64,000 nt of DNA from Takakia lepidozioides. Lineage: Eukaryota; Plantae; Bryophyta. Position 1 is the first letter of the stretch; every line of letters begins with the position of its first letter. The DNA is taken from the NCBI GenBank assembly GCA_030704615.1, contig CM060734.1, forward strand, positions 34,720,001-34,784,000. Reading direction: 5' to 3'. The notes under the pieces are model-generated. The model had not been told where the DNA came from. It saw only the letters and a program-made list of their open reading frames with translations, and ran no database searches. The position numbers and the translations under genes were made by a program. Below are positions 52,443 through 62,230 of this stretch, in pieces.

Positions 52443-53805
52443 TGGAGCACGGAGCAGAGCTGGCATGAGTTTTTTAAAGATCGTTCACGATGGTGGGACT
52501 ATCGCAATCTCAAGGTGTGGCTTTTTCTTAATGTACGATGTGAAGAAGTTTGTCCATCCTGCAAATGTGGGCTCTTGGCTCCTGTTAGTACCATGATTTG
52601 GTACTCTTCCTGATGTTTACAAGGTTCTTGGGAGAGTCAGCTTGGTCTTAGCAGGCCGTGTTTCAGCTGCACCGTGGTGGTTCTCACAGACCAATCCGAC
52701 ATCACCTGACTACAGACACAAGCAGCACACAGAAGAGGTCCTTTTGGGTTGATGGTCGGTCAAATCCTCCATGGGTCATGACACAAGGTCAAGGACAATG
52801 TGGTGAGGGCACCTTCTTCTTCGACCTATTTCAGCCTGTTTTGCCCTCTCATCAGACTCGGCCCTGAATTTGCATATTGAATTCTGTAAGTTAGCTGGTT
52901 GGGTGGATCTGTGGTGGTTTGGAGTGACTTTGACAAGTTACTGCCGATGTGGCAGCAGGAAAGTATCCAAAAACAAATCACAGAGATGAGGAGAAGCTTT
53001 GGAATGAACACTTTTCCAACCCCAGTCAAAGGTGGGACAGTGGAGACAAAAAGGTGAATGCCTGTTGGAAGCAGACGCAAGTCAGGATAGGAACTAGTGT
53101 GATAAGTATGGTTGGGGTGTTTGCTGGAAGAATTCTAGGCTGTCATTGTCAGTTGCTAGCAGCAAGGCAAGGATGTATGCATGATTTGTGCAGAGGTATG
53201 GATAGCTGAAGGAGCAGGGATAGTGTGTGGATCCAGATTCATCCAAGAGGGCCAGATTTCAAGCTCCAGATTACCTATGATTCCCTGTGGAAGGATAGCT
53301 ACAAGAAACCTGCATGGGTAGATGGTCAACTGGAAGCCGCAGCAGCAGCGGCACAATTGATAAAATCAGGCACTGCTAATGAAGGCACCTTCTTCAACAC
53401 ATTTCACCCTGTTTTTCCCTCTTATCAGAACCGGCCCTAAGTTTCCATGTTGAATTCTGCAAGTTAGCTGGTTGAGTGAATCTAGTTTGGAGTGACTTTG
53501 ACATGATAATGCTAATGTGACAACAGGAAAGTATCCAGAAACAGGTAACAGAGATGAGGAGAAGCTGTGGAATGAATACTTTTCTGACCCCAGTCAATGG
53601 TGGGACAACCTAGGCAAAAAGGTGAATGCCTGTTAGATTACAGAGAGTAGCAGGCGCAATTGAGCATAGGAACTAGTGTGATAAGCTGATTCCTAGAACA
53701 AATCTAGGCTGTCATTGTCAGCTGCTAGCAGCGAGGCAAGGATGAATGCATGATTTCTGCAGAGGCATGGATAGCTGAAGGAGCAGGGGTAGAGTGTGGG
53801 TCCAG
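52443..53805 (+). CDS. Upstream exons encoding OSB-type PDF motifs (PDF1 damaged; PDF2 and PDF3 open); exons ~52443-52514, 52690-52802/52808, 52959-53053, 53237-53384, 53527-53621, joining 53806
   Basis: EQSWHEFFKDRSRWWDYRNLK/TNPTSPDYRHK...WVDGRSNPPWV; EEKLWNEHFSNPSQRWDSGDKK/IHPRGPDFKLQITYDSLW...PAWVDGQL; EEKLWNEYFSDPSQWWDNLGKK/IHPRGPDFKHKITYNSLW...PAWVDGQL. These match the W..FF.NP..WWDNR..K.NP..PDFKHK.T...LW......P.WV consensus of OSB/PTAC9. Confidence 0.8.
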
Positions 53806-53940
53806 ATTCATCCAAGAGGGCCAGATTTCAAGCACAAGATTACCTATAATTCCCTGTGGATCAATAGCTACAAGAAACCTGCATGGGTAGATGGTCAACT
53901 AAAGGCAGCTGCTGCAGCGGCACAGTTGATAAAATCAGGC
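52809..53940 (+). repeat. ~576-bp tandem duplication (intron-exon-intron-exon unit carrying one PDF motif)
   Basis: 52809-53384 aligns with 53385-~53940, including intron sequence. Confidence 0.9.
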
Positions 53941-56900
53941 ACGTCAACCATGGCCACAGCTTCTGGAAGAGGATCAAGAGAGGGAGTCCACAATGCCTCT
54001 TCTGGCACTTATGGGCACGTGAAGATGCTTTGTGAGGCAGGCAGACTTAGAGAGGCTCTACAGACTTTAAACCAAGGAGGCATTTCAGCAGATTCAGATA
54101 CGTATGTCTGTCTCTTGCATAAGTGCATCAAGATGAAACGCCTGGAAGCTGGAAAGCAGGTGCACACTCACATTATCCAAAGTGGATTCACGCCAAATGT
54201 TTTTCTACTCAACACCCTTGTCAACATGTATGTTAAGTGCGGGAACATCATGGATGCTCACCAAGTGTTCAACCGAATGCCTCAACGATCTTTGATCTCG
54301 TGGAATATAATGTTGGCAGGATTTACCAAGCATGGGTGTGGTAGCAATGCTTTGGAGACCTATGAGCAAATGATACACGAAGGGGTGAAGCCCAACCACA
54401 TCACGTTTGTTTGTGTTTGCAATGCGTGTGCAAGCCTGGGAGCCCTGGAAAAGGGGAAAGAGGTCCATGGTGACATCGTCAAAGCTGGAATTGTACCAGA
54501 TGTGATTCTGAACAATACCCTCGTGGACATGTATGCCAAATGTGGGTGCCTCGAGGATGCAAAGGGAGTGTTCAACAATATGGCTGAACGAAATGTGGTG
54601 TCGTGGAGTGCGATGATTGCAGGATATGCACAGCAGGGGCGCGGGATGGAGGCTTTGGAGACGTATGAGCAAATGATGGGGGAAGGGGTGAAGCCCAACC
54701 ACATCACATTTGTGTGCGTTTGCAGTGCGTGTGCAAGCCTGGCAGCCCTGGAAAAGGGCAAAGAGGTGCATGGTTGCATCGCCAAAGCTGCAATTGTACC
54801 AGATGTGATTCTGAACAATACCCTCGTGGACATGTATGCCAAATGTGGGAGCATGGAGGATGCAGAGGGAGTGTTCAACAATATGGCTGAACGAAATGTG
54901 GTGTCGTGGAGTGCGATGATTGCAGGATATGCACAGCAGGGGCGCGGGATGGAGGCTTTGGAGACGTATGAGCAAATGATGGGGGAAGGGGTGAAGCCCG
55001 ACCACACCACGTTTGTGTGCGTTTGCAATGCTTGTGCAAGCCTGGCAGCCCTGGACAAGGGCAAAGAGGTCCATGGCGACATCGCCAAAGCTGGAATTGT
55101 ACCAAATGTCATCCTGAACAATACCCTCGTGGACATGTATGCCAAATGTGGGAGCATCGAGGATGCAAAGGGAGTGTTCGACACTATGGCTGAACAAAAT
55201 GTGGTGTCGTGGAGTGCGATGATTGCAGGATATGCACAGCATGGGCGCGGGATGGAGGCTTTGGAGACGTATGAGCAAATGATGTACAAAGGGGTGAAGC
55301 CCAACCACATCACGTTTGTGTGCGTTTGCAATGCTTGTGCAAGCCTGGCAGCCCTGGAAAAGGGCAAAGAGGTCCATGGCGACATTGCCAAAGCTGGAAT
55401 TGTACCAAATGTCATCCTGAACACTGCCCTGGTGGACATGTATGCCAAATGTGGGAGCATGGAGGATGCGAAGGGAGTGTTCAACAATATGGCTGAACGA
55501 AATGTGGTTTCGTGGAGTGCGATGATTGCAGGGTATGCACAGCAGGGGCGCGGGATGGAGGCTTTGGAGACCTATGAGCAAATGATGGGGGAAGGGGTGA
55601 AGCCCGACCACATCACGTTTGTGAGTGTATGCAGTGCATGTGCAAGCCTGGCAGCCCTGGAAAAGGGCAAAGAGGTGCATGGTTGCATCGCCAAAGCTGG
55701 AATTGTACCAGATGTGATTCTGAGCAATACCCTCGTGGACATGTATGCCAAATGTGGGTGCATCGAGGATGCAAAGGGAGTGTTCGACAATATGGCTGAA
55801 CGAAATGTGGTGTCGTGGAACGCGATGATCGCAGGATATGCACAGCAGGGGCGTGGGATGGAGGCTTTGGTGACCTATGAGCAAATGATGGGGGAAGGGG
55901 TAAAGCCCGACCATATCACGTTTGTGTGCGTTTGCAGTGCATGTGCAAGCCTGGCAGCCCTGGAAAAGGGCAAAGAGGTGCATGGTTGCATCGCCAAAGC
56001 TGGAATTGTACCAGATGTGATTCTGAACAATACCCTCGTGGACATGTATGCCAAATGTGGGTGCATCGAGGATGCAAAGGGAGTGTTCGACAATATGGCT
56101 GAACGAAATGTGGTGACGTGGAACGCAATGATCGCAGGATATGCACAGCATGGTTGTCATAGGGAGGTCGTGCAACTATTTGAAGGAATGCAAAAGAACG
56201 GCTTGAAGCCGGACAGTATCACCTTTATATGTGTTCTCTCTGCATGCAGCCATGCTGGCCTACTGAATGAAGGAAGACGCTACTTTGATTCCCTGAGTCA
56301 AGATCATGGTGTTACTCCGACAGTAAAACACTTCGGCTGCATGGTGGACCTTCTTGGACGTGCGGGACGACTGGATGAGGCAGTGGACCTGATTAATAAA
56401 ATGCCAATCAATGCAGATGCTGTGGTGTGGAAGGCCTTGCTTGGTGCCTGCAGAATCCATGGCAATGTGGAGATGGCTGAACGTGCGGCAACATCTATCC
56501 TCACGTGGGATGCACAGGATGCCGCGACTTATGTGTTGCTCTCAAACATCTATGCTGCAGCTGGCAGGTGGGATGATACTGCAAAGGTGAGAAGAATAAT
56601 GAAGGTCAGAGGCGTTAGAAAGGAGCCAGGTCACTGCTGCATTGAGGTTGGCAACAGGGTGCACACCTTCGTTGTAGATGACAGGTTGCATCCCAGAATT
56701 AAGGAAATCCATGCTGAGCTGAGAAGATTGTCTGGGCAGATGAAGGAGGCGGGGTATGTGCCTGACACGCGCTTTGTATTGCATGATGTGGGGGAGGAGG
56801 AAAAGGAGTTTTCTCTTTGCCACCACAGTGAGAAGCTGGCCATTGGTTTTGGGCTGATCAGCACGACCCCTAGGACGCCTCTCCGTCTCATCAAGAATCT

Positions 56901-57033
56901 TCGAGTGTGTGGTGACTGCCACACCTCCACGAAATTCATCTCAAAGATTGTTGGCCGAGCAATTGTTGTACGGGACGCTAACCGCTTTCACCACTTTGAA
57001 GATGGGATTTGTTCTTGTGGGGATTACTGGTGA
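53794..57033 (+). CDS. PLS-class pentatricopeptide repeat protein with E1-E2-DYW cytidine deaminase domain (organellar C-to-U editing factor); terminal exon from 53806, first in-exon ATG at 53950
   Basis: Uninterrupted ORF with 23 motifs: L-S-(P-L-S)x6-P2-L2-S2, then E1, E2, PG box PGHCCIEV, zinc ligands HSE(KLA) and CGDCH, and terminal CSCGDYW. Confidence 0.97.
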   Translation: MWVQIHPRGPDFKHKITYNSLWINSYKKPAWVDGQLKAAAAAAQLIKSGTSTMATASGRGSREGVHNASSGTYGHVKMLCEAGRLREALQTLNQGGISADSDTYVCLLHKCIKMKRLEAGKQVHTHIIQSGFTPNVFLLNTLVNMYVKCGNIMDAHQVFNRMPQRSLISWNIMLAGFTKHGCGSNALETYEQMIHEGVKPNHITFVCVCNACASLGALEKGKEVHGDIVKAGIVPDVILNNTLVDMYAKCGCLEDAKGVFNNMAERNVVSWSAMIAGYAQQGRGMEALETYEQMMGEGVKPNHITFVCVCSACASLAALEKGKEVHGCIAKAAIVPDVILNNTLVDMYAKCGSMEDAEGVFNNMAERNVVSWSAMIAGYAQQGRGMEALETYEQMMGEGVKPDHTTFVCVCNACASLAALDKGKEVHGDIAKAGIVPNVILNNTLVDMYAKCGSIEDAKGVFDTMAEQNVVSWSAMIAGYAQHGRGMEALETYEQMMYKGVKPNHITFVCVCNACASLAALEKGKEVHGDIAKAGIVPNVILNTALVDMYAKCGSMEDAKGVFNNMAERNVVSWSAMIAGYAQQGRGMEALETYEQMMGEGVKPDHITFVSVCSACASLAALEKGKEVHGCIAKAGIVPDVILSNTLVDMYAKCGCIEDAKGVFDNMAERNVVSWNAMIAGYAQQGRGMEALVTYEQMMGEGVKPDHITFVCVCSACASLAALEKGKEVHGCIAKAGIVPDVILNNTLVDMYAKCGCIEDAKGVFDNMAERNVVTWNAMIAGYAQHGCHREVVQLFEGMQKNGLKPDSITFICVLSACSHAGLLNEGRRYFDSLSQDHGVTPTVKHFGCMVDLLGRAGRLDEAVDLINKMPINADAVVWKALLGACRIHGNVEMAERAATSILTWDAQDAATYVLLSNIYAAAGRWDDTAKVRRIMKVRGVRKEPGHCCIEVGNRVHTFVVDDRLHPRIKEIHAELRRLSGQMKEAGYVPDTRFVLHDVGEEEKEFSLCHHSEKLAIGFGLISTTPRTPLRLIKNLRVCGDCHTSTKFISKIVGRAIVVRDANRFHHFEDGICSCGDYW
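54340..56150 (+). repeat. 303-bp (101-aa PLS triplet) tandem array, ~6 units
   Basis: Units nearly identical at nucleotide level, e.g. gtggacatgtatgccaaatgtggg recurs every 303 bp. Confidence 0.95.
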
Positions 57034-58159
57034 AAGGATGTTTTCTTGGAAAGATGCGAGTGTCTTGCTTCATTCATTGATCTGTGTAGCTACTCAGTCA
57101 TCCACCATTTCCTGAGAGTATTGACCATGATGGACTGTTGAGTCATAGAGGATTGGTCATAGACGCCTGTTCAGTCATAGGCCAACTTACCCTAGTGTTT
57201 TGGATGGATGGGAGGCTAGTGATGAATTGAGAATCCCCAGAGTTGTCGACAACGATCTTATAAGGTAAAAGTGGGGGCCTCTACTCTTCCCACCACGAGA
57301 ACTAAACAGGGCCACTCACCCCGTCAGTCCAATGCGACCGCATCATGCCGCTGCAGCGGAAGTGAAAACGACATGGCGGCCACACCCGACATTCACTTAG
57401 CACATGCTCATCCCCTTAGCACATGCTTCATCCCCTAAGTGACTCCCTGTTCATTTGTGCATGATTGCGGGAGATAGCATCCCGTGTAGGCCACGCGTCC
57501 AAGCACCTGCACTTTGCCATCCCTCACTGAGCTACACCATGTTCAACGGTTTTAATCTGGTCAATGCTTCCCTAGATTAATTTCACTGCAGGCAGTCCTC
57601 ACGACTCTGTATTCTACCAATGATGTTCTAAACTAGTCTGTCGTGCACTCTCAAGGCCGTCATTTCTGAGCTATTTCCACATATTCAGTACTCTGAGATC
57701 TGTCTGAACCTTGCTCCAACTTACAGCGTTCACGCCATGCAATGACTATGTAAAGACAGGTGACACATTGTGTACAAATCTAGTGTTTCCACTTCTCTCA
57801 TTGCTTCATAATACATGACGTTCATACAACCCATGATGAGATGCACTCTGTGGCTAAGTGACCAATCCCGTTACTAATTCTCTCATCTCATGCTCTACAT
57901 CTCCACGTTGCGGTCTACAATCTGTTTTGGTCCACCTCGGTTGGTCTCTAACTACCCTTCTCTCTCATCATCTGCAGTGCTTCAGTCACCACTCACTCCT
58001 TTAGTGGATAAGAACCATGAGACTATTTTGAACACGAAATTGCAGTTTTATCCATATGGGGCTTGCTTCATCTCAGCTAGCTATTCTATTAATTAATACA
58101 TCTATGGTTTATGTTTGCAGGGTTTTCAGGCCCTGCGTGTGCAGAGCCCACTAAAATAG

Positions 58160-58357
58160 GTACTAACGTACTAACTTAGTTAACTTAGTAGTAAGTAACT
58201 AGTACTAACTGAGTAAGTTAGTAAGAGGGCAGCGGAAGAGAGCGCGTTTCTTCTGCTTTATATACCCTCTCAGGGCGGTGGGCCCGACCCCCTCAAGCGG
58301 TAGGGGACCCTTCTAGAAGCTTGCCCGCGCATGTCACCCCTAGCAACCACCACATTA
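58160..58357 (-). repeat. LTR-like repeat, homolog of 6502-6929 without the MITE
   Basis: Shared blocks as listed for 6502-6929. Confidence 0.55.
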
Positions 58358-59456
58358 GTTTCATGCAACAATAAGCGATAACTTACTGCCAGTGTCCACG
58401 GATTCCAGACACAGGTCCCTATCGTTGGTGTGACTCCCAATGTTCTCAGTAACTCCTTGAGCTGCTAATCTCAAAAAAGCCAAAAAACTCTCCTGAAATC
58501 CCATTCAAGAAAGTGAGGTCTCTTTCTCTTGCTTCCAGTAATCGTCCAACATCCCAAAAACGAAGCTTTTGGTCCATCATGTTGGTTCAATTAATAGCAG
58601 TAAAATTACACCCAACTAAGGGATAACTTATGTGAATAATGAGAGGAAGATATACTTACTGCTCCTCCTTTGGCTACGAGGGCACAGTCATCATAAAGAT
58701 TTGTAGCTATCCGTGGTGCGATGCTCAATTGTTGCGCAAAAGGTTGGGATTCTCGTTTAAAGTAAGCATATAGGAATAATGCCCCCCAAGTTTGCGTGGC
58801 CTTATCCATTAGAGGATGGTCCAGGAATTAAAAATGGGGATATATAGTAAGCTACACAAGGATTTGAAGAAATAACCATTGTGTAAGGGGGTAAGAAAAA
58901 GACAGTAGGAAAGCAGCTATTAAATGGGGGATGGTCACGCTCCGAATTGGGGTAAGCAAAGTACAAGCAACCTTGAACTCCAACATGCACAAACTGATGT
59001 TATAGTGTGAGGGAGTCAAGCCACATCAATCAATAACAACATACCCAAATACCCTTACAATCAATATACATTGAACTTTCAAGCAGCCACCATGGGATTG
59101 GATCTTGGTGGGTTAAGGCTAGCTTTTGACAATATTCATGCAAGGTTGTCAAGGGTCCATCCCAAGCCACACCACAAGAAACAAACAACCATGTCCAAAT
59201 TTAAGATGCTGAACAAACTTGTGCATAGGGCTACCCCTCTAATCAAGCTCATTAAAATTCGTATTCACTTCCATATTCAAGCTTTGGAGAAGCTCCACCA
59301 CCCAAACCCAGAATTAGGACAGCACTCTGATTTCCATCCACTGTCACCAAAGTCAGTCCAATATCACCCCTTCAGTCAAGTGCAATTATGGGCTGAATTC
59401 CCACCTATGTCGGGTAGACCCCCTGTCATTTCCCGTGGATATGCCACTAGAAATGC

Positions 59457-59963
59457 ACTCAACAGTACATCATGGTCAATACTCTCAGGAAATGGTGTCC
59501 ATGATCTGAGTAGCTACACATATCAATGAAGGAAGCAGGACACTCGCCTCTTTCCAAGAAAACATCCTTTCGCCAGTAATCCCCACAAGAACAAATCCCA
59601 TCTTCAAAGTGGTGAAAGCGGTTAGCGTCCCACGCAACAATTGCTCGGCCAACAATCTTTGAGATAAATTTCGTGGAGGTGTGGCAGTCATCCCACACTC
59701 GAAGATTATTGATGAGACGGAGAGGCGTCCTACGGGTCGTGTTGATCAGCCCAAAACCAATGGCCAGCTTCTCACTGTGGTGGCAAAGAGAAAATTATTT
59801 TTCCTCCTCCCACATCATGCAATAGAAAGCGCGTGTCAGGCACATACTCTGCCTCCTTCATCTGCCCAGACAATCCTTTCAGCTCAGCATGGATTTCCTT
59901 AATTCTGGGATGCAACTTGTCATCTAAAACGAAGGTGTCCACCCTGATGCCAACCTCAATGCA
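59457..59963 (-). pseudogene. Inverted duplicate of the DYW domain and 3'UTR (56638-57143)
   Basis: Reverse complement is colinear and highly similar (CIEVG...HPRIKEIHAEL...GYVPD-like...[37 protein letters not shown] plus 3'UTR), with indels and the stop altered. Confidence 0.93.
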
Positions 59964-62230
59964 GGTTGGTTTTTCCATCAGCAAAGGCTGTGAGCAGAGG
60001 AGGAATATTCTCTATTTTTCACAAAGCGAATATTCTTCATAAACGAACATGTGCCAAACCGAATCCCGAAGCTACATAACACGTTCGGACCACTACCGAG
60101 CCTACAATATCGGCGCTGAACAGTGCGGGCACCTATGTTCTTTTTTTCTTTCTTTTTTTTCAGTTTGTACATGTCAAGGCCTCTCATTTTAAGATAATAG
60201 GGTCTTCAATGGGCACGTGCGATGTGGCCGGTGGGCCCCGCGCACGGACGCCCGGCTCCCCAGCACCCCGCCCGCCCCGCCCGCCGCTGCGCGCGGTCAC
60301 CCAGCCGCGGGCGCGGCTGCAGCAACCGCGCCCACGCCCCCGTCCGCCGCGCGGCCAGTCCCCCGCCCATGAGTCCGCTGCCCTCCAGTCTGCCCGCCAG
60401 TCCGCTGGCCAGTCCCCTGCCATCCAGTTCGCTGACGGCGCAGGATCGCCATCGTCCATTCCCATAACCCATCGGAGCCCTCCATTTTTAGGGCTGCGAA
60501 AATGGCAATGATCTTCCCACCAAATCCCGGCCGCTCTCTTTTGACGGCTGTTTGTTGTCCAATGTTGCGGTAGGCGTTTCCATGCACGCGACTATTCCTC
60601 TTTTGCGCGCGATGTTCATGATGATGATGAAGCATGTGCTTGAACATGAGAGGACTGTCTCGGCACTACAGCCACCATCGTGCATATGCTTCCACTATTT
60701 TTGCCTTCTTGTTGTGCTTTCGGGAACCTTCGTTTTATGGTTTGGTTCTATGTCATAAATATGGAAAATGCGGACATCTGTCATCGATAACGTCCTCTGC
60801 TTGTGATCCGTCATGATACTGCATCCCTCATGAGAGCTTTCACAAGTTTAGTTCGTTAAAGGAACCCATGGGTAACATGGGCGCGAAAATGGTGGAAGCG
60901 TATGCACATGGGGGCATGTATTGCAGATTTCGTATCGGACGATGGGACTGTTTATGTGACCAAGTATAGCGGCTTGCATCCGTCGTGCATAAGTTGTGGA
61001 AAAGGGTGGAGAATCTGAAGAAACCCAGCTTTGTGATGGATCCACATGGTATTATATAAGGGATGGCAGCACAAAAAAGCAATTCGAGTCGTCACGGAAC
61101 ACCATCCAGTCGTAAGGTCCTCAAACATCCACATGCACCTCCTGAATGCAGATGTCTGAGCCACGACGGGAGTAAGTGCAGAATCGGTACATTGTCGCAT
61201 TTGCCAGGAGACGGACCAGGCTAAGACAATTGCATCCGCAAATCCGCGTGGATGTTTGAGGTCCGTTGTGTCGCGAGTCTGTTCACAGTGGGTCCGCTGG
61301 CCCGTCAATCCGGATATTCCCCTTATCGCGTGCATAACAGTCAGTTTGGAGGTGGTCTGCTGGAAGTCCGTCTGTTGGGATATCAGTCTGTCGCACTTGT
61401 GAATTTGTCAGTCTGTTGTGTCGGAAGTCTGTTGACCTAAGTCTATTTGACTTCTTATTTTCTCTCCGGTCAGTCTTTTGGCTTGTTCTCCCGCCAGTCT
61501 GGCGAAACGTCCGTCTGCTGGACAGTTCTCCTCTATGGATATCAGTCTGTTGGACTGTGCATGCATCAGTCTGTTGTGCCGCGAGTCTGTTCGCAATGGG
61601 TGTGTTCGACTTTCCTGTTCTCCCTTTACTCTCTTTTGTCTTCATTCCGCTGGCAGGGAAGTGCCTCCAATATGAAGCCGCTTCGCCTCAGCAAAGCGAA
61701 TAGTCCGCTGGACTGGCGGTCCGGTGGACTCTCGGCCCGATGGGAAATGAGTCTGCTGCACTTGCGAGGACCGTGGATGAATTTAGTATGATGCGTTCGT
61801 TCGGTGGACGTATTCAATGCGATGACGGCGGATAGTTGGCGCCTGTGAAATCGCGCCACGTTGGCAGTGCCATGCCCGCTTTCCCCCTTCTACTTCTACT
61901 TTCTTCTCATGTTCCCTGTGCGATCGACTCCATTCTCTTCGCGCCTGTTTCTTTGCACTGTTTTGCACTGTTTTGCTTTCATCTTTGCGTTTCCATCACC
62001 GTAACGAAAGACGACCGTTCTTCCCCAGGTGTGGAGAGTCGCGGTGAGCCGCGAAGCATCGCAAACACGCTCGCCTTCATAACAACTCGAAGTTCATCGG
62101 CTCGGTGAGGTTCTCACTTGTTGCGGTGTTTTCATTCCATTCTATGTTATCTTCTTGCTTAGGGTGAGTCTTTTCATATGACTTCTATCTGTCGCTCATT
62201 GTCCTTGCACCTTCGTTTCATTCTGCAGCG

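Noticed and set aside
53794-53805. GTG start given by the ORF track for the PPR gene
   Set aside because: It lies in intron sequence just before the acceptor at 53805; the same context is repeated at 53225-53236.
54340-56150. Regular repeats as a possible CRISPR-like array
   Set aside because: The units are contiguous coding PLS triplets without unique spacers, in a eukaryotic context.
54205-56175. Long antisense ORFs (656 aa, 375 aa) over the PPR gene
   Set aside because: Shadows of the 303-bp repeat: one stop-free antisense unit is simply multiplied, and the products have no recognisable domain.
60184-60647. Several overlapping R/G/P/A-rich ORFs
   Set aside because: Result of very high GC content suppressing stop codons in all frames.
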